DNA of 63,423 nt, filler included. It is 6 parts of 6 records of this genome, joined end to end, with 100 filler letters (N's around TTAATTAATTAA, not from the genome) between each part and the next. Parts side by side here need not be neighbours in the genome. Positions count along the whole stretch, not along the records: positions 10,604 to 17,651 come from SRR31147125_1272; positions 17,752 to 25,420 come from SRR31147125_1278; 4 more parts are not named here. One strand, 5' to 3'. A program made the translations under genes and the position numbers. Numbering within the stretch: the first letter of the stretch is position 1; the number at the start of each line of letters is the position of its first letter. The notes under the pieces were generated by a model. It was not told the origin of the DNA. It saw only the letters and a program-made list of their open reading frames with translations, and did no database searches. Positions 10,767 through 20,191 of the stretch are shown here, piece after piece.

Positions 10767-10953
10767 TAAATGGAAATTTGAAAATGAATACATTTTAGCG
10801 AAACAGGCTGAAACCCCGAAAAGATAATTCACCAATCAAAAACCTCAAAAAAATCTTTATTTACATACGGATTTCACTTGTGTATCTTGCTTGGCGGTGT
10901 AATACTTCACACGCTCTTGTGTGAATTTCCGAAACCTGAAAGTGAGATATGTA

Positions 10954-11319
10954 ATGAGCGGAGCCAAACCAATTTTTGACGAATTATTGAAGATTTACGG
11001 ACAAAGATCCTCTGATGCTTTGACGGCTTTGCTTAGTAACGAGAGATTTATTCAGGCGGTACAAACTATGATGGTAAAATCTCTCGAATTCAGGAATTTT
11101 CTGCAAAAAGCGATTAAGGCGGCATTCGAGCAACTGAATCTGCCAACCAAGGAAGATTTTGCAACTTTGAGCAAATATGATGATGAATTTTTGGAAAGAT
11201 TGAGTAATATAGAAGAAACATTACTAAAACTGGACGAAAAAATCGACAAACTGCAACAAGAGCAGGTTGTCGAGAAAAAGACGAAAAAACGAACAACCAA
11301 AAAAGGGGCAAACGCTTGA
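10954..11319 (+). CDS. Phasin/PhaF-like coiled-coil protein with a basic C-terminal tail
   Basis: AFEQLNLPTKEDF motif, then a heptad coiled coil (LERLSNIEETLLKLDEKIDKL) and KKTKKRTTKK. Its stop overlaps the parA TTG start. Confidence 0.55.
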   Translation: MSGAKPIFDELLKIYGQRSSDALTALLSNERFIQAVQTMMVKSLEFRNFLQKAIKAAFEQLNLPTKEDFATLSKYDDEFLERLSNIEETLLKLDEKIDKLQQEQVVEKKTKKRTTKKGANA

Positions 11320-12089
11320 AAGTAGTATCCTTTATCAATGAAAAAGGTGGAACGGCGAAAACGACACTGGCCGCAAATTTCGCCGCCTATTTCGCGTTAA
11401 AACGCAGGAAAAAAGTACTGCTTATTGACCTCGACTCTCAAGGTCACGCTGGTAAATCTCTCGGCGTGGATGTCAGACAGGCGGAGCTTACCATCTTCGA
11501 TGTCATGAGCAAGCCGACGATGAATCCGGCTAAAGCCGTATTGAATACCGGAATTAAAAAGCTCGACATTATTTGCTCGAACAAGCGTCTTGCCGATTTT
11601 CCCGAAGTGGCAGCAGGATCGAAAACGCGTGAACTAAGACTTAAAAAAGCGATAGAAAGACTTGAACCTCTCGGATATCACTACGTTTTTATCGACTCAC
11701 CGCCATCTGCCGGACTGGTTACAACCAACATACTAGCCGCATCAACCGACGTAGTCGTTCCTGTGGCTCTTACATATCTGGCACTTGATGGCTGCGCAGA
11801 AGTGATAAGCAGCATCAGAGACATCAACAGCAGAATAAAAGAAGCCAAACCGAAACTTGGTATGGTTGTTCCGACAATGTATCGAAACACCAAACTCGCC
11901 AACGAAATAGTGTCGAAGCTGTCCCAGTATTTTCCAAACGAGATATCCAAAACATTGCTGGGGTTTAGTGTAAGAATAGACGAAGCACAAAGCTTCGGAA
12001 AGACAATCTGGGAATATGATCCAAAAGGACGAGGAGCCGTAATGCTCGGAGCCTTGGCTGTAGAACTCTATAACAAAGTACTTCGTTAG
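11316..12089 (+). CDS. parA: ParA/Soj family ATPase (orphan, no parB adjacent)
   Basis: Deviant Walker A NEKGGTAKTT, LIDLDSQG, Walker B VFIDSPPS and EAQSFGKTIWEY. Confidence 0.9.
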   Translation: MKVVSFINEKGGTAKTTLAANFAAYFALKRRKKVLLIDLDSQGHAGKSLGVDVRQAELTIFDVMSKPTMNPAKAVLNTGIKKLDIICSNKRLADFPEVAAGSKTRELRLKKAIERLEPLGYHYVFIDSPPSAGLVTTNILAASTDVVVPVALTYLALDGCAEVISSIRDINSRIKEAKPKLGMVVPTMYRNTKLANEIVSKLSQYFPNEISKTLLGFSVRIDEAQSFGKTIWEYDPKGRGAVMLGALAVELYNKVLR

Positions 12090-12110
12090 TTATATTTGAA
12101 GGAGAAGAAA

Positions 12111-12641
12111 ATGAAATTGAGCTTCATCTGTGTTGTTTGTTTGAGCCTGTTCGCTTTTGCTTGTGGTTCCGATGGTGGTGCCGACCTCGTTCCTCTTAAT
12201 CTGAGCGGACTTATTGGTGGATGTCATATCGAAAACAATAATGAAGACATCAGAGTCGGTTTGATGGGTCAAACCAGAGACGGAAAACTGTACGAAATTA
12301 TTTCAAGCGATGTAAAAAATGACGGACTGAACTCTACGTTTACATTTGAAACCTCGATCGAGCCGCCAGACACTCTGGAAATCACCCAAATCGGTGAAAA
12401 CGAAGCTGTCAGATACGAACTTCAGATTTTCAGCTATATCGATGACAACAAAAATAAAGGATACGATGAAGCTGCTGGTGAAAAAATAGTCGGCGTATCG
12501 AAAACAAAGATTTACTTTTTTGAATCAGATGAAGATTCACTCAGCGCAAAATACGGCTACAATTTGCTGAAATCAAGCATGTATAGCCAGGATTTTGCTA
12601 GTGAAAACCCCTATGTTTTAGCCGGTGGATGCGAGAAATAA
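12111..12641 (+). CDS. Hypothetical lipoprotein
   Basis: RBS AAGGAG, lipobox FAFAC and a DxNxN-type Ca-binding-like loop YIDDNKNKGYD. Confidence 0.7.
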   Translation: MKLSFICVVCLSLFAFACGSDGGADLVPLNLSGLIGGCHIENNNEDIRVGLMGQTRDGKLYEIISSDVKNDGLNSTFTFETSIEPPDTLEITQIGENEAVRYELQIFSYIDDNKNKGYDEAAGEKIVGVSKTKIYFFESDEDSLSAKYGYNLLKSSMYSQDFASENPYVLAGGCEK

Positions 12642-12668
12642 GGCAAAAGCCTTGAAAAAGAGGAAAAA

Positions 12669-13127
12669 ATGGATTTTTATCTTGAAATAGAACAGCGACT
12701 AAAAAAGGCCATCAAAGCTCGTGAAGCAATGGAAATGGCTCTTTTACGGATGATAAAATCTCGTTTTCAATTGAAAATGAGTGAAAAAGGTCAATTGGGG
12801 CCACTTGATGAAAAAACGGCCTTGCAAATAATTGCTACATATTCAAAGCAAATATCAAAAGCTTTGCCGGATTTTCTGAAAGCCGGAGAAAAAGGTGCTG
12901 AAAAAGCTAACCAGATCAAATACGAAATCGAATACCTGTCCCAGTTTTTGCCCAAAAAGCTCTCTGAAGCGGATACTGAAGCACTGGTCAAACAAAAAAT
13001 TGCCGATCTTGGAGTTTCGTCCATGAAAGAAATGGGCAAATTGATGGGCATGATTATGAAAAATCACAAAGACGAGGTCGATGCCGGTCTTGTCAAAAAT
13101 ATCGCTGCAAAATTATTGTCAGAATAA
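12669..13127 (+). CDS. yqeY: GatB/YqeY domain protein
   Basis: LKKAIKARE...LRMIKS, EIEYLSQFLPKKLSE and MKEMGKLMG. Confidence 0.9.
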   Translation: MDFYLEIEQRLKKAIKAREAMEMALLRMIKSRFQLKMSEKGQLGPLDEKTALQIIATYSKQISKALPDFLKAGEKGAEKANQIKYEIEYLSQFLPKKLSEADTEALVKQKIADLGVSSMKEMGKLMGMIMKNHKDEVDAGLVKNIAAKLLSE

Positions 13128-13155
13128 ATACATAAAAAATTATAGCGAGGTAGAG

Positions 13156-15149
13156 ATGAGAAGCTTGATTCTTTTTTGGATTTTTACCAGTTTCCTTCTT
13201 GTTTCTTGTTCAGGTGAGGAATACTACAATAGCTCCAACGATCCTGACGGTGATATTGATACGGAAACCGAAGCCGGTGGACCTTTCGATGTAGCCTCCT
13301 GCTATTCCACTTCCGGCAAAACCTGCACTTCGGTTGATGCAATACCTGAACTGACTATCGATAAAAATCAGAAAAAGTTTGCCTTATCGATGTTTCACTA
13401 CAACATTCAGTATGTTGCAGGTGGGCTTGAGGCTGAAATCAATGGCGAAAAAGTGCCGTTTTGCGGCGATCTTTGCGTCGGTTTGAGTGATGAAAAGGTC
13501 AACGACTGGATAATCAAGGAATCCTTTGAGCCGGTTCTTGATTTTTATCTCGAACATAAAAACTGGCGAGGCACATTCGAGATGCAAGCTCTTATGGTCG
13601 AGGAAATTGCCGCCAGACATCCCGAAGTGCTTAAAAAATTGCAGGAAGCCTCTCAAGCAGGACAAATTGAACTTGTAAGTTTTCACTATTCCGCGCAACT
13701 CTTTTTGGCTTTCCCGAAAGAGGACCTGAAAAAATCCATCGAGATGACCAAGGCTATCTTCGACAAATACTGTCTACCACTATCGGGAGTTGTGTTTAAT
13801 CAGGAAGGACAGGCCGGAGAAGGCAAGCATGCTTTCATGAAAGAAATGGGTTACACTATAAGCGTATTCCCGAAAAACCTTATCGTTATGTTCGCTTTGA
13901 AGAAAAAAAAGCACCTTATTATAAAGATCACGGAGTTGATGTAATCATAGGGCCTGGCGAGGTTGATCCTGATTCAGGCATTAGTGTCAACTGGACTTTC
14001 TTCGATGATGGTGAACTCTTGACAACTCCTCTCGATCCGTATTTTGCTTTTACCTCGGAAGCTGATATGAAGCTTGTGGAAGAATACAGGGTGAAACTCG
14101 AAAATCTTGAAAAAGACGGGTACAAAATCACGACGATTACCGATTATGTCAATCATATGAAGGCCGAAGAAATAGCTCAGCCCGATTTACCTCCGGTTAT
14201 CGATGGAACATGGCAGCCGACAAGCACAAGCTCGGTTTTAAGATGGATGGGTGGACGCTCGGTTGCTCCGTATGCTTCTCAGGAAAGAGATTCGGATATC
14301 AGAACAGAGAATTACCGTGTAAGAACCACATTGGCGGCTTACGAAAAAATGCTCGACGAAGCGGCGTTAAAGGGAAATGACGTTTGTACTGAAAGGGCGA
14401 AACTTGATGAAGCCTGGAGACATTTGTTCCTCGCTATGGTGACCGATGCTACTGGTATTACACCATGGATGGGGGAATTTCTCTACGCTGTAAACAATAA
14501 CGCCGAAGCAATGTCGCTTGGTGGTGAAGCCTTTGAAAGCCTAAAGACCATGCTTGGTCTGGAATACGCTGAAGTCGATCTTGAAACAGGTGAAGTTAAA
14601 AGCATTACCGAAATACCGACTTTGGAAAAAGGCGAAAAGGTAGATTCCGCTCCGGTGAGTTATGAACTAAAAGCACCGACAAGAACTCCTAAAGAGCAAT
14701 GGTATAAGTTAAGCGATAATCTCTACGAGCTTGAAATTTCGTTTGAAGGCGCAGCCGACCCCAAAGGTAAAAAGATGGAAGAAGCTTTTGTGTCAGTAGC
14801 TTTTGACAGAAAAGCCGATGAGATTTCATACACTCCGGCACTGCTTGATGATACTGTCGTATCTTATAAACTTTCGGAATTTAACTTCCAGAAAGAAGAG
14901 ATTTACCTTCCACTTGCAAACGGACTTTTGTATCTCGGCGATGGTTGGTGGGTAGTTAAGGATTGCCGAAGCGTGCATCTGGCCCCGAAAATCGACGTAA
15001 CGGGAACAAGCCCGAAGATTACCTTCCTTGATGAAACGGCGAATCCGGAAAAGGGCAGTACGTGGAGATTTTTCCTTTTCAAAGGCGATAAAGAGGAAGC
15101 TTTGAAGCTTGCCGATAAGACAAATGCCAAGCCGAAAGTTTACCACTAG
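13156..15149 (+). CDS. GH57-like glycoside hydrolase lipoprotein (frameshift near 13880)
   Basis: Lipobox LLVSC, MFHYNIQY, GQIELVSFHY, GVVFNQEG (candidate nucleophile) and FDDGELL (candidate acid/base). One extra T at 13880-13881 joins the ORFs as NLYRYVRFEEKKAPYY. Confidence 0.6.
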
Positions 15150-15882
15150 CGTCTGTAGGTTTTATCGGCTCTTTTGCTTTTGGCACGAGAGATGAAGTGT
15201 TCCATCAGTGAAGCTGTCAGTTCATCATCCTTAAGCATTTCAGGATGCCACTGTACTCCGACTAAAAAGTCGTCGTTGTTAATGTGTGAAATAGCCTCAA
15301 CAACACCATCAGGTGCCACAGCGTTTACTTTAAAACCTTTGGCGACATCTTTTATGATCTGATGATGTGTACTGTTGACCGTGTATTCATTCTTTGTGAA
15401 AATTCTATCAGGTTCTTCCACAATAATTTTATGTTTCAGGACATTTGTTTGTGAGTTGTTTGTGTGAGAATTAGTGTTTTTTCTAAAAGAAACATCCTGA
15501 TACAGATTTCCGCCAAAGGCAACATTCAAAACCTGAATTCCTCGGCAGATTCCCAAAACTGGAATATGATTTTTTTGGCTATAATAGCGAGCTTCAGTTC
15601 CATTTTGTCTCGTTCCGGATGAATGATGGAGGCGGGGAAAGTATTTTCTTCATCAAAATGACAAGGATCGATATCATCACCACCGCTTAATAAAAGGCCA
15701 TCGATAATGTGGCAATAATGAATTGCATATACTAAATCAAAAATATTTGGAAGAATAACAGGTGTGCAAATATGATTTTCAAGAAGTTGCAGGTATTCAG
15801 TTTTCAGCCTGTTGTAGGCTAATGCTTCATCATCATCTTTATACCACATTGCCGAAGTTATACCTATTAGTGGAGGTATCAT
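15146..15882 (-). CDS. Gamma-glutamyl-GABA hydrolase-like peptidase C26 (frameshift near 15573)
   Basis: PLIGIT, DGLLLSGGDDIDP, GICRGIQ, VNSTHHQ and GVQWHPE. One extra base in the T7 run at 15570-15576 restores KKNHIPVLGICRG. Confidence 0.85.
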
Positions 15883-17651
15883 GGTGTCCTCTGATAGAAA
15901 ATTTGAGTAATATCGGATTTATATCCGCTGTGAATTAGTTCGATACCGCCATGTTCAAGACAATTTATTATTGTATTGAAACCTGTGTCGTCATTGGAGA
16001 GCTTTACAGGCTCGTTCCAACTGCTTGTTCGGATATCATATGAGCTGGTCATTAAAAAGGCTTTATCACCACCAGGGTCCATTATAGAAATATGAATATA
16101 ATTTTTGTTTGTATGACATGCCTTTACCAAGCCTTCGCTTATGCTGGCAATTGGTTGAGTAATTATTTTTTGTGCTTCAGGCATTGTCTCTCCAAAATCC
16201 GGCGAGTAAATAGCGTAAAGAGATTGAGTTTTGTTTGTCTTATCAATCCTCCACCAGAACATGGTAAGCGAGTTATCCTCTCCCAGTATCATTGAAGGAG
16301 CTTCATATTGGCCGGGTTCTTTTGTTATCGCGTAAGGGATTTCTTTCCATGATTCTCCAGCATCGAATGAGCGCGTAAGCACAACATGCTTGGCTCCTTC
16401 CCTGTCATCCTGACTGGCTGGGGTCGTAGCAATTATGGCAATATGCTTTTCAGTATTTGCGACAATGTCGTATCCGGTATCCGTACCGGTAAAAATAATT
16501 ACAGCCTGATTCGTTTCCTGAAATTGTTGGCCACCATTACCTGTAACTCTAACGAAAATAGCATTACCAGCAGTGTTTGAACCAAGCCATGCAATAGCAG
16601 CAAAACCGGACGGCATAGTAGCCGTTTTATAGCTGATGGCGTGAGTATCCACAAGCTCTGTAGATTTATCCTTGTTAATTATCGTGAGCTTGGTCCAGCC
16701 TTGTTTTTTGCTGTAATACTGCCACATAAGATACTTGGTTTTATCTCTGATATCAAACCAGCTTGCAGATAAACCGGGTAAAGCATCAAACTTGTGTAAG
16801 TTAGCCTGTCTGAAGGTAAGTTCGGATTTATCAAGATCATTTAAAAGCATAGGCTCACTGAAAAGGCCGTTGGTTTTTTTTGTCCAATAAATTCCTGATC
16901 CAAGTTTAGGATCATCTGCTTCAAAAAGAACGTGAGTGCCAAGGATTTCAGATTGTTTGATTTTAACACTTTTTATCAAATGATCGAAATTTGCAGGAAA
17001 AATGTTGTTAGGATATGAAAAATTTCCATCTCCCAGATGATTTGAGTATTCGATTTTAATTCCTGATTTTGACCTTTTTAGCCATACAGGAGACATAGTT
17101 GAATAGCTAAAGTCACATGCAGGGAACATGGCATTGCCATTTTCGGCCAAACTCATGGAGGGCAAGTTTTCGCTGTAACTGAATACAGGTCTATTGAATT
17201 CGCCTTTCGCCAGTTTCAATGATGAATAGCCATAACGATAATCATTAAAAATTACATGATAATCCTTTTCCAAGGTTCCAATAGTGTAATTGTTTTTAAG
17301 GTTTTCAACTTGTGAGCCTTTAGCTACAGTAAGAGGTTCTGAAAAATCCTCTCCAAGTTTGGCAGAATTTACAGCAAGGCTTTCTTCATAAGTTGAGAAA
17401 TTGTTTTCAAGCCATGTCAAATAAACATAATCACCAAAGATGTCGATCTTGGGGTAATAGCTCATGAAGTTAAGCTGGCTCTGATAAACATCGGCTTGTG
17501 TTTCCGGAGCAATGACACTGCCATCTGGTTTTATGCCTAATACAAAAATATCGTAGAACCCACCATTTCTGCCATCCATCCATGAGAATGCAATTGTATG
17601 GTCTGTTGATTGTTTGGCCACAAGCGAATAAATAGGTTTTGAATTCACATC
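15879..17651 (-). CDS. BNR/Asp-box (sialidase-like) beta-propeller protein, 5'-truncated
   Basis: Asp-box motifs RSFDAGESW, YSPDFGET and TGNGGQQF, plus WxDxR repeats. Confidence 0.55.
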   Translation of the reverse strand, partial: DVNSKPIYSLVAKQSTDHTIAFSWMDGRNGGFYDIFVLGIKPDGSVIAPETQADVYQSQLNFMSYYPKIDIFGDYVYLTWLENNFSTYEESLAVNSAKLGEDFSEPLTVAKGSQVENLKNNYTIGTLEKDYHVIFNDYRYGYSSLKLAKGEFNRPVFSYSENLPSMSLAENGNAMFPACDFSYSTMSPVWLKRSKSGIKIEYSNHLGDGNFSYPNNIFPANFDHLIKSVKIKQSEILGTHVLFEADDPKLGSGIYWTKKTNGLFSEPMLLNDLDKSELTFRQANLHKFDALPGLSASWFDIRDKTKYLMWQYYSKKQGWTKLTIINKDKSTELVDTHAISYKTATMPSGFAAIAWLGSNTAGNAIFVRVTGNGGQQFQETNQAVIIFTGTDTGYDIVANTEKHIAIIATTPASQDDREGAKHVVLTRSFDAGESWKEIPYAITKEPGQYEAPSMILGEDNSLTMFWWRIDKTNKTQSLYAIYSPDFGETMPEAQKIITQPIASISEGLVKACHTNKNYIHISIMDPGGDKAFLMTSSYDIRTSSWNEPVKLSNDDTGFNTIINCLEHGGIELIHSGYKSDITQIFYQRTP

Positions 17652-17751
17652 NNNNNNNNNNNNNNNNNNNNNNNNNNNNNNNNNNNNNNNNNNNNTTAAT
17701 TAATTAANNNNNNNNNNNNNNNNNNNNNNNNNNNNNNNNNNNNNNNNNNNN
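17652..17751. other. Artificial contig spacer
   Basis: N44-TTAATTAATTAA-N44. Confidence 0.98.
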
Positions 17752-17855
17752 AAAAAGCGCTAATCATTACGGCATCAACGCCCCCCGAAGCCTTGCGCGT
17801 AGGAGGGCCGACGAACGAGCACTTATCTACAACAGAGATACTTTTTTGTCCAAGA

Positions 17856-18539
17856 TTAAATTTTTTGGAAATTCTCCATTAGCGGAACTATCCACCCAGA
17901 ATCTTTTGGCTCTTTTGATAGAATATTCAGGAAATAATCGCGATTTTTCATATCTGTTTTAGAATATTTCTCAAGAAGAGTCTTGCCCATTTGGGTTGTC
18001 ATCTCTGGATGTGGTTGAAAACCGTAGACAGGTTTATCTATTAGCTTAAACCCATGAACTTGGCATTCATCAGTAGACAGTAGAACTTGAACCCTATCCT
18101 CTGGCAGATCGAAGACTTCATCATAATGAACTACAAAGCTAAAGATCGATCCACCCCTTCGACCAACAAGTTGATCTTCTTCCAAAACCCTTAACTCTTT
18201 CCACCCAACCTCTGGTCTCTCTCTTTTTCTTATAATTTGTTCACCAAAGAGAGCCTTGGCTATCAATTGATGACCAAAACAACTACCCAAAATAACCTTA
18301 TCTTTTGCCACAGCTTCACGAATCAATTCTTCTTCTTGAAGCTGCCACTCAATCTCATTAATTACAGATCCTTCCGAGCCAGTTATCAATATATGTGAAT
18401 AATTTTCTAAACTATCTGGAATTTCACCAAAAGAACTCCGAAAAGAATCATATTCCATTGAGATGTATGGTTCCCAGTGCTCTACAGGCTTATAGATTTT
18501 GTGATCAACAGCATTATCTAAAACTAATAATCGTTTCAT
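17856..18539 (-). CDS. Class I glutamine amidotransferase (GMP synthase-like)
   Basis: ILITGS, LGSCFGHQL and GFQPHPE catalytic triad. Start is MKRLL at 18539. Confidence 0.88.
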   Translation of the reverse strand: MKRLLVLDNAVDHKIYKPVEHWEPYISMEYDSFRSSFGEIPDSLENYSHILITGSEGSVINEIEWQLQEEELIREAVAKDKVILGSCFGHQLIAKALFGEQIIRKRERPEVGWKELRVLEEDQLVGRRGGSIFSFVVHYDEVFDLPEDRVQVLLSTDECQVHGFKLIDKPVYGFQPHPEMTTQMGKTLLEKYSKTDMKNRDYFLNILSKEPKDSGWIVPLMENFQKI

Positions 18540-18576
18540 AAAAGGTGACTTATTAGAAACAGATCGCGAGAACAAT

Positions 18577-18611
18577 AAAAAAATAGCCTGCAGCTTTTTA
18601 ACTGCAGGCTA
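18577..18611 (-). terminator. Intrinsic terminator
   Basis: TAGCCTGCAG / CTGCAGGCTA stem with a T-tract on the minus strand, after the lipoprotein gene. Confidence 0.7.
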
Positions 18612-18633
18612 CAAACAATCTTTACAACCAACC

Positions 18634-19935
18634 TTACTCATCAGTATCCGGATAAACAGATATTGAAGGTATTGATGGAACAAAACAATCTATTGAAGGA
18701 ACCTTATCTTTAATTATCACGTCTGCTCTTGGACTGTATTTTATAACGGTATTAATATTATCGGCAGCTGAAGGCGTTTTCACAGTAAACTTGATATCCT
18801 TTGTCTTTCCCGCATCAATACTAAAACCACACAAAGCAGCATGAACTAAATTTTGAGAACTTTTACAACTCGCTGACGAGGTACTCACATCTGCACCCTC
18901 AACCTCTAAAGTCAATTCAACATCATCATAATCGAGAGACACATTATTTTCTATTTTAAAAACTATACTGAACGAATCCCCGAACTTAAGATCGCTAACA
19001 TTTCCATCAATCGTAGGCATTACAGTTAAGGGCTCCTGGCCTCTAATCAAGACACTCCTAGATAAAGGAATTTTATTACCATCTGGACAATACGCCTCTG
19101 CTGAAACAGTCACAGTCATATCATTTGTTATGCTCGGGTCAGGCATTACATTAGCATAAGATTCTACAACCTTATCTCTCTCAACACCGTAAACCATTAC
19201 ATCATTTGGAGGAGAAGCGGACTTTCCGAAATCAATTGTTGAAAGCGTTGCTGATGGATTCCAACCGGAGCTACCCTCTAAATCTGAATAAACCGCCTGA
19301 AGCTCCTTTGGCAATATAAACGATTTTATTATACAAGACTCTGGATGGACCAACCCTAATGTTCCAACCGTTCCAGCTAACATTTCAATTGTAGAGAGCT
19401 GATCTTTAATATCAGCAATCGAATACTCAGGAACAATCTTCACATTCATATTGGCATTCATCTCAACTTCTTGACAAGACTCACCACTACTATACGTTGC
19501 AGGCTTCGTCTCTTTAGTCGTTGAAGACGATTCGGTCTCTGTTTCTTCTTCACTCTCTTCTGTCTCAGCCTCATCATCGGTTACAGCAGCTTTTGGTGTA
19601 TATGATTTCCAGAGAGGCCCACCAGGACCTTGAACAATGCTAGTGTGAGGATTTTCAAACTCTAACGAACCAACCTTAACACAATTGTAACCTGCTTTTG
19701 TCTCAACAAAAAATGAACCATCAATTCCTGTAACACCACTACTCGACAACTTATCATCGACATAAATTTCAAAAGGGACATTCCCCAATTTAACATCACC
19801 TTCATTGATCTGACCATCTACATCTCTATCAAGAAAAACAACTCCGCTAATCTTTGGTTTACACCCAACGATACCAAAGACAATCAGACAAAAAGCAACC
19901 AATCCCAATTTTAGATATCTATTCTGCCTATTCAT
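18634..19935 (-). CDS. Surface lipoprotein with an SdrD B-like domain and Ig-like/DUF11-like domains
   Basis: Lipobox GIVGC, ISGVVFLDRDVDGQINEGD, an acidic linker and C-terminal GDSFSIVFKIEN...IDAGKTKDIKFTV. Confidence 0.6.
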   Translation of the reverse strand: MNRQNRYLKLGLVAFCLIVFGIVGCKPKISGVVFLDRDVDGQINEGDVKLGNVPFEIYVDDKLSSSGVTGIDGSFFVETKAGYNCVKVGSLEFENPHTSIVQGPGGPLWKSYTPKAAVTDDEAETEESEEETETESSSTTKETKPATYSSGESCQEVEMNANMNVKIVPEYSIADIKDQLSTIEMLAGTVGTLGLVHPESCIIKSFILPKELQAVYSDLEGSSGWNPSATLSTIDFGKSASPPNDVMVYGVERDKVVESYANVMPDPSITNDMTVTVSAEAYCPDGNKIPLSRSVLIRGQEPLTVMPTIDGNVSDLKFGDSFSIVFKIENNVSLDYDDVELTLEVEGADVSTSSASCKSSQNLVHAALCGFSIDAGKTKDIKFTVKTPSAADNINTVIKYSPRADVIIKDKVPSIDCFVPSIPSISVYPDTDE

Positions 19936-20191
19936 AACATGCCTCCAAGCACACGTTTCTCATATACGACGAACCCATAATATAGGCCGCCGGTTACCAA
20001 ATATGCACAATATGTACCAATTGTTCGAGAATTAAACCTTTGATATCATTGAAAAAAGGGCAAAAAACCCCTATCTTTTTGAAAAGTTAGCTGGATTTGT
20101 CATTTATTTGACAATTTTTGAAAAAAATAAAAAAAGGGAGAAGATCTCTCTTCTCCCCAAACTTGATAAATAGTGGGTAGTTAGCTCACCA

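Noticed and set aside
17781..17807. GC-rich CCCCCCGAAGCCTTGCGCGTAGGAGGG at the contig start
   Set aside because: It may be a degenerate palindromic repeat, but it is a single copy at a contig edge with imperfect pairing, so support is insufficient.
15146..18539. Two glutamine amidotransferase-fold genes close together, and PuuD-like plus gabT as one polyamine pathway
   Set aside because: They lie on different contigs separated by spacers.
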